DNA of 64,000 bases from Gemmatimonadaceae bacterium (GTDB taxonomy: Bacteria; Gemmatimonadota; Gemmatimonadetes; Gemmatimonadales; Gemmatimonadaceae): contig JBGAJQ010000006.1 in the NCBI GenBank assembly GCA_044224875.1, positions 76,802 to 140,801 on the forward strand, read 5' to 3'. The notes below the pieces were generated by a model. It did not search any database. It was not told where the DNA came from and worked only from the letters and a program-made list of their open reading frames with translations. The first letter of the stretch is position 1, and each line of letters begins with the position of its first letter. The position numbers and the translations under genes were made by a program. Below, one piece after another: positions 20,241-30,076 of this stretch.

Positions 20241-21656
20241 CTACAGTGTGAGGTCGGGTAGGGCGAGGCCCCGAAAGCGCACGCCTCCGACGACCACCAG
20301 GGCCACGCCGTACGCCACGGCGCCGGCCAGCAACGCCCGCCACAGAGGGTCGGCGCCCGTCAGATACAACACGCCACCCATCGCCAGCGTTGCCGCGACC
20401 GGCTTCGCGAGTCGGCGAAGGCTCGAAAAGCGATACCCCACCATCGCCGCGGCGCGCGAAGCCAGAGCCAGCCGAATGACCTCCGTCGTCAGTGTCGCCG
20501 CGGCGGCCCCGGCGAGTCCGTAGGTCGGAACGAGTGCGATATTGAGCGCGACGTTGCAGATGACCGTCACAAGGTTCACGCGCACCAGCGATCGCTCGCC
20601 ATCACTGGCAATGACCGCGACGACAGCGATTTCGCGGATCGCCGCGAACGGGAGGGAGAGCACCAGCCAGCGCAAGGCCACTGCGCCCGGGAGAAACGCG
20701 TCCCCAAACACGAAGGTCAGGAGTGTCGATGCCACCACCGCGCCGCCGATCGCCACCGGCAGCGTCAACGCGACAACCTGAGCGACGGCGCCGTCGTACA
20801 GCCGATCTCGCACACCACCCTCCGTGGTATCACGACTTCGTGCGAGCGTCGGCATGACGGAATGCGCAAACGCCACGATCAGGTTTGACGAAAAGGCAAT
20901 GAACGTGTACGCAGCGGCATACTCGCCCGCCGCCGCCTCGCCCTTCACGTAGCGCAAGAAGATCAGGTCGAAGTTGAACAGCACCAATCCGAGCAGCGTG
21001 AACGCCACAAGCGGCCGACCGCGAACGAAGAGTTCACGACACACCTGCCAGCTCCAGCTCACGCCTAACCGCATCCCAGCCTTCCATGTTCCAGCCATCA
21101 TCAGGACAGTGGTCAGCACCCCACCGGCGATGGCCGCCAGCGGCACCCACGGCAGGTCGTTCGCCCGTTGGACCAGGATCGCCACCAGACCTAATGCCAC
21201 CAGTTCGCCAGCGATGCGCGCCGCCGCCACCACACCGGGTCGTCGCACGCCCAGAAGCACCCACCGTGTGCTGGCAGCGGCCAGGATGAGCGTTGGTGCG
21301 TAGAGTGCCAGCACGCGTCCGTCTGGTGCAGGGAAGACACTCGTCGCGATCACGGCAACGACCAGGGCCAGTGCGACGGCGGCGAGAACGCGATACGTCA
21401 ACGTGGCCGAGACGACGGCACGCGCACGCAGCTCGTCTCTCGCCACCAACGGGACGCCCACCAGCTCAATCCCTTGATCGGCCACCTGCGTCAGGTACAA
21501 CAGCAGACCGGACGCCACGCCGACGATCCCAAACGCGTCCGGTCCAAGGCGTCGCGCAATCAGCAGGGAGGCCCCGAAGGCAATCAGGCGGGCGACGGCC
21601 TCGCCGACGCCGAGGGTCGCCGTATTCATCGGGGCCGGCTCTCTGGCGTCCGTCAT
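20241..21656 (-). CDS. Wzx/MOP-family oligosaccharide flippase
   Basis: ARRLGPDAFG, D.IFL...AAGEYAAA, NVALNIALVPTYGLAGAAAAT; about 12-14 TM helices. Confidence 0.85.
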   Translation of the reverse strand: MTDAREPAPMNTATLGVGEAVARLIAFGASLLIARRLGPDAFGIVGVASGLLLYLTQVADQGIELVGVPLVARDELRARAVVSATLTYRVLAAVALALVVAVIATSVFPAPDGRVLALYAPTLILAAASTRWVLLGVRRPGVVAAARIAGELVALGLVAILVQRANDLPWVPLAAIAGGVLTTVLMMAGTWKAGMRLGVSWSWQVCRELFVRGRPLVAFTLLGLVLFNFDLIFLRYVKGEAAAGEYAAAYTFIAFSSNLIVAFAHSVMPTLARSRDTTEGGVRDRLYDGAVAQVVALTLPVAIGGAVVASTLLTFVFGDAFLPGAVALRWLVLSLPFAAIREIAVVAVIASDGERSLVRVNLVTVICNVALNIALVPTYGLAGAAAATLTTEVIRLALASRAAAMVGYRFSSLRRLAKPVAATLAMGGVLYLTGADPLWRALLAGAVAYGVALVVVGGVRFRGLALPDLTL

Positions 21657-21710
21657 CGATCGCGATGGGACTCGGCGGGAAGCAGCCGGCGGTCGCCGAT
21701 TCGCATGCTG

Positions 21711-22703
21711 TTAACGGGTCGTCGCCTGTGGCTCCACCGGCACATCCATTCCGGTCCCGAGGCCACGGCGACCGAGCAGCCAGGCGATCGCGCCGCCTAA
21801 CAGCCCGCCGGAGATGATCACCGCCTCGAATACCAAACCCGTCGCAACCGCCTTCACCGCCGATACGCCAAACGGAGCAAACAGGGCCGCCTGCGCGGCC
21901 TCACGAACTCCGATCCCTCCCTGCGTCACGGGCAGCAGGCCGGAGATCTTGGCCAACGGCCAGACAAACAGCCAAACGTAGAGCGGAATCGAGATGCCGA
22001 TCACCATGCCGAGCCAATAGTTCAGGACCACCAGGGACGACTGGAGCAGCATGCCGAGCAGAAATGCGGCGAGGAGGGCGGGCGTGTTTCCAGCGGTCGC
22101 TCGGATCGCCTGCCGGACCTGCACCAGCTTGCGCCGCACCTTGAAGGGAAACCGCCGCACCGGCAGCATGGCCACACCGACGAGGGTGCCGATACCCGCG
22201 ACCGTCAGCAACAATCCCAAACCAATGAAGATCTTTCGGCTTTGCGCATCCAGCGCGCGTGGGGACAATAGCGCGCCGATTCCGGCTACCGCCGCCATAC
22301 CGACGATGTCAAGCAAGCGGTCGACGAGACTGCCCAGCACCAAGCCGCTCTTCGACTTGGCAGCCTTCATCGCGACGCCTGCCTTCACGACGTCGCCCCC
22401 CACAATGGATGGCAAGAAGGTGTTGCCGAATAGCCCCCAATAGTAGGCTCGGGCGGACTCGGCAAAGGACAGGTCGGCCCCGGCCACATTGATGAGGATC
22501 CGCCACTTGGCCACACCGATCAGGTGAAGGCACATGTAGACACCGATCGCAATGGGCCAAACGGACCAGGGTACCTTGCCTAACGCTTCCTTCATTTCGT
22601 TGAATGGAAGCACCTTCAGCAACATCGCCAGGATCAGTGCGCTCCCGCCAATGCGAACCGCCGGATGTCGCCACACGGGTCGTCGTGCTTCGTGGCGTGT
22701 CAT
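21711..22703 (-). CDS. Lysylphosphatidylglycerol-synthase-TM (YbhN) family flippase-like protein
   Basis: KWRIL, NTFLPSIVGGDVVK, DRLLD and LPVTQGGIGVRE motifs. Confidence 0.85.
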   Translation of the reverse strand: MTRHEARRPVWRHPAVRIGGSALILAMLLKVLPFNEMKEALGKVPWSVWPIAIGVYMCLHLIGVAKWRILINVAGADLSFAESARAYYWGLFGNTFLPSIVGGDVVKAGVAMKAAKSKSGLVLGSLVDRLLDIVGMAAVAGIGALLSPRALDAQSRKIFIGLGLLLTVAGIGTLVGVAMLPVRRFPFKVRRKLVQVRQAIRATAGNTPALLAAFLLGMLLQSSLVVLNYWLGMVIGISIPLYVWLFVWPLAKISGLLPVTQGGIGVREAAQAALFAPFGVSAVKAVATGLVFEAVIISGGLLGGAIAWLLGRRGLGTGMDVPVEPQATTR

Positions 22704-23728
22704 GTCCGGTCCCCTTCAGCTGGCACGCGCGCCAGCGTCGGCCGTTCCCATGACTCGTTTGCCACGCGTCCTGACGCTCCTCCAGCGTCTAGATTGGCTT
22801 CGATGCGGCGCAGGCGGTATACCGCCTCCTCCACGATCTGGCGGTTGAAGCTGATGAGATCTGCCACGACACCAATCAGCAGGATCTGGAATCCGACGAT
22901 GATGAAGATGGCCGACAAGATCAGTGACTGGATGTGGCCGACCTTGTCGACAAAGAAGTACAGGTACAGGAACCGTAGTCCGGGCAGAATCCCCAAGCCA
23001 ATGAAGAACAGGCCGAGTGATGAGAACACGCGGATCGGCCGGTACATGGTGTACGCGCGGAGCATCGTCACACCCGACTTCCGGATGTAGTGCGGTATGC
23101 TCTTCATCAGCCGCGACGGCCGCGTTTGCGGATTGATGCCGATGGGGACGAACTCGACCGCGGCGCGTCGGGCACCGGCCTGGATCAATGACTCCAGGGT
23201 GTAGGAGTAGTTGCTCAGGATCATCGTGCGGAAGGCGCACTCCCGCGACAGCGCGCGAAAGCCGCTGGTTGCATCGGGTGTGTTGAGTTCGGCCGCGCGA
23301 CCCAGCACCCAGCTGCCAAATACCTGGAGCCGGCGCTTGATCCATGAAAAGTTCGGCAGCGATCCCACCCCGCGATCACCCACGACGAGCTCGGCTCGTC
23401 GGGCCAGGATTGGCTCAACCAACTTGGCGATGTCACTGGCCTGGTACTGGTTGTCTGCATCGGTGTTCACGATGATGTCGGCGCCGGCTCGCACGCTGCC
23501 TTCCAGCCCCGCCATGAACGCGGCCGCCAGTCCGCGGTTACGCTCGAACTGGACGACGTGACGAATGCCTAACGCACGAGCGACATCAGCCGTCCCGTCG
23601 GTGCTCCCATCGTCCACAATGAGGATCTCGACCTCGTCAACACCCGGCAACGTCCGCGGCAACGCGGCGATCGTGGCAGGGAGCGTCTTTGCCTCGTTCA
23701 GGCACGGGATCTGGATAATGACTTTCAT
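22700..23728 (-). CDS. GT2 glycosyltransferase with C-terminal TM helices (polyprenol-phosphate glycosyltransferase-like)
   Basis: IPCLNEA, VDDGSTDGT, NTDADNQY and DATSGFRA motifs; two C-terminal TM helices; ATG overlaps the upstream stop. Confidence 0.9.
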   Translation of the reverse strand: MKVIIQIPCLNEAKTLPATIAALPRTLPGVDEVEILIVDDGSTDGTADVARALGIRHVVQFERNRGLAAAFMAGLEGSVRAGADIIVNTDADNQYQASDIAKLVEPILARRAELVVGDRGVGSLPNFSWIKRRLQVFGSWVLGRAAELNTPDATSGFRALSRECAFRTMILSNYSYTLESLIQAGARRAAVEFVPIGINPQTRPSRLMKSIPHYIRKSGVTMLRAYTMYRPIRVFSSLGLFFIGLGILPGLRFLYLYFFVDKVGHIQSLILSAIFIIVGFQILLIGVVADLISFNRQIVEEAVYRLRRIEANLDAGGASGRVANESWERPTLARVPAEGDRT

Positions 23729-25626
23729 GTGCGTTCCAGGCGGCAGACGAGCAAGTCGCCGTCCCCCACCGTTCCCGGGAATCGTTGGGTGTTCCCACTG
23801 GTGCACGCCTCGCGGACGTACGCGGCCAGGCCTGCATCAAAACGCTCGAGGTAGCGCGGGAACGCGAAGACGAACCACACGCGACGCCCAGCGCTGCCGG
23901 TGGTCGCGTCGGCGCGACGGAGCCCTTCAAGATCGGCGGCGGTATGGATGCCCTGCCACGTTTTCTGAAAGTATGTCGAGTATACCGACGTCGTGACGTC
24001 GGCCGTCACGATCGCGTCACCGGGAGCTGCGGACGACTCGGCGTATCGCGCCGCGCCCTCAAAGTCCTGTTTCGGCAGCTTCCAGTTCAGCGGTACGGAC
24101 AGTGCCGAGACGAGCACCACAGCGCCTGAGAGTCCAGCGCCCAGACGGTGACCCGCCGTCTCGCTCCAACGCAGGTGCTTGGCCGCCCATTCACCCGTCG
24201 CGAATGCCCCGCGGATGCCAATGAGCAGGGCAAACCCCGCCAGCACAAAGAAGAACCGCGGGTACATCGTCCCACGCGCGGCGAACGCGCCCATCAGCGT
24301 CGTGACAGCCGGCAGCACCAACAGCAGAAACGTTCGCAGGTTCTGTCGTGCATAGCTCACGGCCCCGGCGACGCCGATGGCACCCCCAATGCCGAGTACC
24401 AGGAGGCCGATCCAGAGTACTCCCCCCCCGCCAAAGCCCATTCGCAGCACGCGGAAAGCCTCCGTCAGCGCCCAACTCGGCGACGAGATTCCGCGCAGGT
24501 TCGACTGCTTGTGGAGGAAGAACGCCATCACCGACGAGAACATCGGGAGGTAGAGTACGAGTGCCAACACCGCCGAAAGGGCAAACCCCGCCAGTGGACC
24601 ACGCCATGAAATCCGCCGATCCTTGACGGGCCAGCCAAGGACAGCCGCAACAACCACCAGGAACTGCCCGACGACGGTGAAAACAAACGTCAGATGCGTG
24701 TACGCTCCCAGCCCTGCGGCCACGCCATACCAGATCCACCAACGATACTCGTCCGATCGGAGGGCCTGCAGGAGTATCCACGTCGCCACCACCGCAAAGA
24801 ACGTGAGCGCCGAGTACCCGCGCGCGTTCTGCGAAAACCACACATGGTGATATGACAGGGCCAATAACGCCGCCGCCGCCAACGACTCGGCGCGACTGGT
24901 GATGCGAACGCCTAACGCGTAAAGCGCTGGTATCGTCGCCACCCCCAGCGCCAGGGCCGGAAGACGGACCGACCATGCCGATTCGCCGAAGGCGGTGAGC
25001 GAAAGATGAGCGAGAAGGGAGTACAGGGGGTGCTTGTTGTCTCCCGGGAACACCGAAAGCGTCTCCGGGAACGGCGTGCGGAAGGATTGCATCACCGAAT
25101 AGATCTCATCGGTCCAGAGCCCGCTGTTCAATCCCGGCAGGCGGACGAGCACCCCGATGACGGTCAGCAGACCGACGGCGATCCAGAACGTCCGACCGGG
25201 TGCCGACGTGCTCGAGGTCGCGGTGCGCGAACGCGGCGGGCGCTTCGCCGAGCGCTCCCGAACCGGCGCTCGGCGTTCCTCGACAGGTTCAACACTTGAG
25301 GCGCGCGGCGTGCGCTGGACGGGTGCCGCAACGGGTGCCGGGCTGTCAGTCTTGTCTGCTCGACCTCCCCGGCGGTTCGCCTGACGGTCGCGTCGTCGGG
25401 TGCGCTTGGGTTCGCTCGGATCGCGCTTCGGTGCGGGGGCTTCGCGCGCTGGTTCCTCTACAGGCGACGTGCGAGCCTCGGTCGCTTCCGGACGGTTGCG
25501 ACGGCGCCCGCGTGATCGGTCGCGCCGGCGTCGCGGGCGCGACGCACCCTCGCCGCGCGATCGCTCCCCTTCGGATGGCGAAGGCGACGCTTCGTCGGGA
25601 CGCTCTCCGGGTTCCCGATCCTCCAT
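23725..25626 (-). CDS. GT39/ArnT-like glycosyltransferase with a long Arg-rich N-terminal extension
   Basis: LWTDEIYS, HPLY, RLPA and SQNARGY motifs; TGATG coupling at 25624-25628. Confidence 0.8.
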   Translation of the reverse strand: MEDREPGERPDEASPSPSEGERSRGEGASRPRRRRDRSRGRRRNRPEATEARTSPVEEPAREAPAPKRDPSEPKRTRRRDRQANRRGGRADKTDSPAPVAAPVQRTPRASSVEPVEERRAPVRERSAKRPPRSRTATSSTSAPGRTFWIAVGLLTVIGVLVRLPGLNSGLWTDEIYSVMQSFRTPFPETLSVFPGDNKHPLYSLLAHLSLTAFGESAWSVRLPALALGVATIPALYALGVRITSRAESLAAAALLALSYHHVWFSQNARGYSALTFFAVVATWILLQALRSDEYRWWIWYGVAAGLGAYTHLTFVFTVVGQFLVVVAAVLGWPVKDRRISWRGPLAGFALSAVLALVLYLPMFSSVMAFFLHKQSNLRGISSPSWALTEAFRVLRMGFGGGGVLWIGLLVLGIGGAIGVAGAVSYARQNLRTFLLLVLPAVTTLMGAFAARGTMYPRFFFVLAGFALLIGIRGAFATGEWAAKHLRWSETAGHRLGAGLSGAVVLVSALSVPLNWKLPKQDFEGAARYAESSAAPGDAIVTADVTTSVYSTYFQKTWQGIHTAADLEGLRRADATTGSAGRRVWFVFAFPRYLERFDAGLAAYVREACTSGNTQRFPGTVGDGDLLVCRLERT

Positions 25627-27029
25627 CAATCCTCCACCACGTGGCTCTTGAACACCTGTCGGTGTTTCGCCCACTGTCCAATGTCGAACTTGCCGTCTCG
25701 CAACGAGTCGACGGCGCAATACGCCATGTAGAGCGCGTGGTGCGTGTTATCGTGGGCAAACAACCCCTGCCGGCCATACACCAACAAGTTGCGATGGCTC
25801 GCCGCCCAGTCATCGAGGACGCCAAGCGGTTTCTCGTAGCCGTTCTGGTAGATCGGATACGCTTGCCCGAGTCGCCTGACATGCACGTCGATCGGTTGCT
25901 TGGGCGCCGGGATCCCCGCGGTTTCCATGTCCCTCAACATGATCGCCGCCAGTTGATCGTCGGTGGCTGACCAGAGTTCATCCCCAATGGCGCACGGATA
26001 CTCGCCACAGAGCACGGTCGTGCCCACCGGCTCACCCAACCCAAAGTAGTTCTTCGGCTCGGAGAGACGTGTCACACGGACATTGGCTTCCGGGAAGTAA
26101 TGGGCGTCGGTGGTCGTGAACTGATTCACCGGCAGCTGCAAATACACCAGCACCATCGCTCGATAGTCGATCTGCTTGGCTGCATCCAGCACGGACTGCG
26201 GGGCCGACGGCGTCATCATCTTCGCCAGCACGGTGATCGGGATGGTTGACCAGATGTGGTCAGCCAGCAACGTGCGCGTCTCGCCGCCCTGCGTTGCTGT
26301 GACCTTCCACTTGTAGCCATCCTCCTTGGTCGGCTCAACGCCGGTCGCTCCCCACCCCGTCAGGATCTCCGCGCCTAACGACCGCGCCGAATCGGCGTAC
26401 ACGTCGCTGATCTGGCCGTACCCCTTCCGCATGTAGTAGAAGTTGCCGCCGCCAGGCGGCTTGATCAGTCGCTTCAGCAGTTTCCCGAACGAACCCGCCG
26501 ATACACGTTTGCGCGCCTGGATACCGGACAGTACCTCAGGCTCCGCGCCCCATAACTTTCTCGCGTAGGGAAAATAGAAGTGGTGGCACATCGTCGGGCC
26601 GAGATTGGCGAGCAACACGGACGAAAACGAGTCGCCCTCATCGGCCTTCCGCAGTTTCCGAATCACCATGTCGCGGGCCATCCCGAACGCAAATCCCTTG
26701 TCCAGCCGCTTCAGCAGGTCCAGCGTCTGTATCGGGAAGTGCAGCCACTTGCCACGCAGCCGAATACGTCCGTGTCGCACTCGATCGCGAAAGTCCTCGC
26801 CTAACATCTGCTTGATGTCGACCAGAATCTCCGGATCCACGGCGTGGTGCAAGCGGTGGCTGCCGTAGTCCAGCCATTGGTTGCCCCAATAGAAGCTTCC
26901 GGCATTGCCGCCGAGCGCCGTTGAACGCTCGAGCAGGGTAACCCGCGCCTTTCTGGTGCGCCGCAACTGATAGGCGGCGCCGCAGCCGGCGGGGCCGCCG
27001 CCGAGAACCACCACATGGCTCTCACGCAT
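25626..27029 (-). CDS. FAD-dependent oxidoreductase (HemY-like / UDP-galactopyranose-mutase-like flavoprotein)
   Basis: GGGPAG Rossmann motif, DYGSHR, AYPIY, GRQGLFAHDNTHH. Confidence 0.8.
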   Translation of the reverse strand: MRESHVVVLGGGPAGCGAAYQLRRTRKARVTLLERSTALGGNAGSFYWGNQWLDYGSHRLHHAVDPEILVDIKQMLGEDFRDRVRHGRIRLRGKWLHFPIQTLDLLKRLDKGFAFGMARDMVIRKLRKADEGDSFSSVLLANLGPTMCHHFYFPYARKLWGAEPEVLSGIQARKRVSAGSFGKLLKRLIKPPGGGNFYYMRKGYGQISDVYADSARSLGAEILTGWGATGVEPTKEDGYKWKVTATQGGETRTLLADHIWSTIPITVLAKMMTPSAPQSVLDAAKQIDYRAMVLVYLQLPVNQFTTTDAHYFPEANVRVTRLSEPKNYFGLGEPVGTTVLCGEYPCAIGDELWSATDDQLAAIMLRDMETAGIPAPKQPIDVHVRRLGQAYPIYQNGYEKPLGVLDDWAASHRNLLVYGRQGLFAHDNTHHALYMAYCAVDSLRDGKFDIGQWAKHRQVFKSHVVED

Positions 27030-28029
27030 GCGACACCTCGGCGCGTGCCGCCAGCAACCTCGCTTCGTGATCGGCGTACCACCGGACAGTCGCCGCGAGA
27101 CCTTCTTCCGTCGTGTGCAACGGGTGCCAGTTCATCCGCGTGCGTGCCTTGCTGCAATCGAGGTACTGCCGCGGGATTTCGTTCGTGGCGTTGTTGAGCA
27201 CCGTGAGCGGAAGGTCCTCACGGCCCATGACGCGCAACACCATCTGTGCCATTTCGATGACGGACAGGGGCGTTTCCGTCCCGAAATTGAACGGCTCACC
27301 GGTGAACCCGTCGCTTGGGATGCGCTCCGCCAGCTGCAAGTACGCATCGACCGCGTCATGAACGTAGAAGTAGTCCCGGACGAACGAACCATCCGATCGG
27401 ATCACGGGCGATTCGCCCCGCAACGCCGAGCGGATAGTGCCAGGGATCAGGCGGTTGAAGTTCAAGTCGCCGCCGCCGTACAGATTGCCACAGCGGGTGA
27501 CGGCGATGGGCACGCGAAAGGCATGATAGTACGACTGGGCAATCAAGTCGGCGCACGATTTCGACACATCGTAAGGGAACCGGCCGATCAACGGCGCATC
27601 CTCCGTGTAGGGCAGCCGCTCGTGCGCCCCGTACGCCTTGTCGCTGGAAGCCACGATGACGCGTTCCACGCGACTCCCGCACTGGCGTGCGGCTTCCATC
27701 ACCGTCCACGTGCCCTTGATGTTCGCCTCGAATGTCGACAGTGCGGAGCGATTGGCCGTCCCGACGATGGTTTGGGCGCCGAGATGAAAGACCGTGTCGA
27801 TCTCATACTCGTTCAGGGCGCGCAGCATCAACTCGAAGTCTTCGAGCTCCCCGCGCACCAGCCGGCAACGGTTGAGCGATCCGGCATTGACCGACTCCGA
27901 GTCCGGCACCCAATCGCGCACCAGGGCCGTCACCGTCGCACCACGTCGCAGCAGTTCGGCGATCATATGCGAACCGAGAAGCCCGGTTGCACCCGTCACG
28001 AACACCCGACGGCTATTCCAAAAGTTCAT
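27022..28029 (-). CDS. NDP-hexose 4,6-dehydratase, CDP-glucose 4,6-dehydratase (RfbG)-like
   Basis: FW...VFVTGATGLLG, SSDKAY, YDVSK and RCGNLYGGGD.N.NRLIP motifs; directly follows rfbF. Confidence 0.8.
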   Translation of the reverse strand: MNFWNSRRVFVTGATGLLGSHMIAELLRRGATVTALVRDWVPDSESVNAGSLNRCRLVRGELEDFELMLRALNEYEIDTVFHLGAQTIVGTANRSALSTFEANIKGTWTVMEAARQCGSRVERVIVASSDKAYGAHERLPYTEDAPLIGRFPYDVSKSCADLIAQSYYHAFRVPIAVTRCGNLYGGGDLNFNRLIPGTIRSALRGESPVIRSDGSFVRDYFYVHDAVDAYLQLAERIPSDGFTGEPFNFGTETPLSVIEMAQMVLRVMGREDLPLTVLNNATNEIPRQYLDCSKARTRMNWHPLHTTEEGLAATVRWYADHEARLLAARAEVSHA

Positions 28030-28802
28030 GTCCAGATCTTCCAAGGGGCCTGACCGCTCACCCACAGGTGCTCGAGCAGGTCGCGTTCACGCAGGGTATC
28101 CATCGGCTGAAAGAAGCCGGGATGCAGGTACGCTTGCAGCTCGCCGTCGGCTGCAAGCCGCTCGAGCGGCTCGCGCTCGAGAATGGTCTCGTCACCCTTC
28201 AAGTAGTCAAAGATTCCCGGCTCGAATACAAAGAAGCCGCCGTTGATCCACCCACCCTCCGCCTGTGGCTTTTCCGAGAACCGGCGTACGACCGTGCCAT
28301 CGAGGGCCAGTCCGCCGAAACGGGCCGGAGGACGCACGCCGGTGACCGTGGCCAGCTTGCCGTGCGACCGGTGGAACTCGAGCAGCGACGCCACATTGGC
28401 GTCCGACAGGCCGTCTCCATACGTACACATGAACGTGGATCCGCCTAACAAGGAGCGCAGGCGACGCACCCGGCCGCCGGTCATGGTGTCGAGGCCCGTG
28501 TCAACGACCGACACACGCCAGTCCAACTTGCTGCCGTTCAAGACGGTCATGGACCCGTCGCGAAGGTCGATGCGAAAGTCGCTCTCATGGAGGACGATGT
28601 TGCGGAAGTACTCCTTGATCATTTCGCCCTTGTAGCCGCAGGCCACCACGAAGTCCTTGAAGCCCTGTGCGGCGTAGAACGCCATCAGGTGCCACAGGAT
28701 TGGCCGCCCGCCGATCTCGACCATCGGCTTGGGCCGCGTCTGCGTTTCCTCGGCTAGGCGCGTTCCTCGTCCACCCGCCAGAATGACGACCTGCATGGTC
28801 AT
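28026..28802 (-). CDS. rfbF: Glucose-1-phosphate cytidylyltransferase
   Basis: VILAGGRGTRLAEET..RPKPMVEIG, DTGLDTMTGGR, TYGDG, INGGFFV and PMDTLRE motifs. Confidence 0.93.
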   Translation of the reverse strand: MTMQVVILAGGRGTRLAEETQTRPKPMVEIGGRPILWHLMAFYAAQGFKDFVVACGYKGEMIKEYFRNIVLHESDFRIDLRDGSMTVLNGSKLDWRVSVVDTGLDTMTGGRVRRLRSLLGGSTFMCTYGDGLSDANVASLLEFHRSHGKLATVTGVRPPARFGGLALDGTVVRRFSEKPQAEGGWINGGFFVFEPGIFDYLKGDETILEREPLERLAADGELQAYLHPGFFQPMDTLRERDLLEHLWVSGQAPWKIWT

Positions 28803-30076
28803 ATGACCCGAGGTGATGGAATGGGGAGGATGAACCGGCCGCCGCGTTCCTGGTACTGGTGCTGCTGGCGGACAATCTCGTCGGCAAAATTCCAGGCGAG
28901 AATCAGGACATAATCCGGCATGCGCGTGAGCAGCGTCTCTACGGGGAGCACCGGGATGTGCATCCCCGGCGTCATCGTGCCCACCTTCAGCGGATTTCGG
29001 TCCACGGTATATGGCAGGAGCGCCGTGTCCACGCCGCAATAGTTCAATAGCGTGTTGCCCTTCGCCGGTGCCCCGTATCCCGCCACCGTACGCCCGTCGC
29101 TCCGCAGTTGCTCCAACAACAAACGCAACGCGGTCTTGTTTTCTGCCGCCGCTCGTCCAAAAGCTTCCCAGGCGGCAAACATCGTCAGCCCAATCTTGCG
29201 CTCCTCCGCCATCATCGCTTCGACGCTCTCCGCATTTGGCACGTCCTTCGCGAACCACACGCGGATGGTGCCGCCGTGCACCGGCATGCGGTCCACGCGC
29301 ACGACGCCGAGACCGACCTCGCGCCCCAGCCGGGCCAACGACGTGATCGAGAAGTAGCACAGGTGCTCGTGATACACGGTGTCGTACTCACGGCGGTCGA
29401 GCATGTCCTGGGCATACGGCACCTCGACGATGATCCGCCCAGTGTCGGAAATCAGCGAGCGGGCGCCGTCCAGGAAATCGCGCGTCTTGTCCACGTGGGC
29501 GAGCACGTTGTTGCCGATCACTGCCTGGGCAGCGCCGTACTTCTCCCGCACGGCTTTGGCCGTGGCACTGTTGAAGAATTCGTTGACGGTGTCGATGCCG
29601 CGAGCGCGCGCCATTTCCGCGATGTTTCGCGCTGGCTCCACGCCCAGCGTTCGTACGCCGTGTCCCGTGAAGCAGGTCAACAGGGAGCCATCGTTACTCG
29701 CAATCTCCACCACGAGATCCGCGGGGCCTAACGACAGCTGCTCCACCACCGCCTGCGCGTACTTCACGTTGTGGGCGGCGATCGTCTCCGACGTGCCGGT
29801 CACGTAGATGTAGTGGCCGAACAGCACCTCGGGGTCGATAACGTCCGCGAGTTGCACCAGTGAACATGTCTCGCAGAAGTAGACGTCGAGTGGGAAGAAC
29901 TGCTCCTGGGCGATCTCGGCCTTGGTGCGGAGGAACGCGTTGGCGAGTGGCTGATTACCTAACGCCAAGAAGGGACGAAGCGACGCCACACCACACGCAC
30001 GACACTGCGTCCGCCGGTGATGAACACCGGCGGGAGCGCCAGACTGCGCACCGGTTCCCGGGATTGACGTGGTCAT
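28799..30076 (-). CDS. NDP-hexose C-methyltransferase (Zn-binding, TylCIII/NovU-like class I SAM MTase)
   Basis: CRAC...C..C.LVQL Zn site, EIASNDG, NNVLAH, YHEH and YGAPAKGNTLLN motifs, LILAWNF. Confidence 0.9.
   Translation of the reverse strand: MTTSIPGTGAQSGAPAGVHHRRTQCRACGVASLRPFLALGNQPLANAFLRTKAEIAQEQFFPLDVYFCETCSLVQLADVIDPEVLFGHYIYVTGTSETIAAHNVKYAQAVVEQLSLGPADLVVEIASNDGSLLTCFTGHGVRTLGVEPARNIAEMARARGIDTVNEFFNSATAKAVREKYGAAQAVIGNNVLAHVDKTRDFLDGARSLISDTGRIIVEVPYAQDMLDRREYDTVYHEHLCYFSITSLARLGREVGLGVVRVDRMPVHGGTIRVWFAKDVPNAESVEAMMAEERKIGLTMFAAWEAFGRAAAENKTALRLLLEQLRSDGRTVAGYGAPAKGNTLLNYCGVDTALLPYTVDRNPLKVGTMTPGMHIPVLPVETLLTRMPDYVLILAWNFADEIVRQQHQYQERGGRFILPIPSPRVI

Noticed and set aside
27028..28053. 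Long antisense ORFs (also 39064-40272, 45216-46505, 54402-55277, 57606-58565)
   Set aside because: Antisense shadows of recognisable genes, expected at high GC; no motifs
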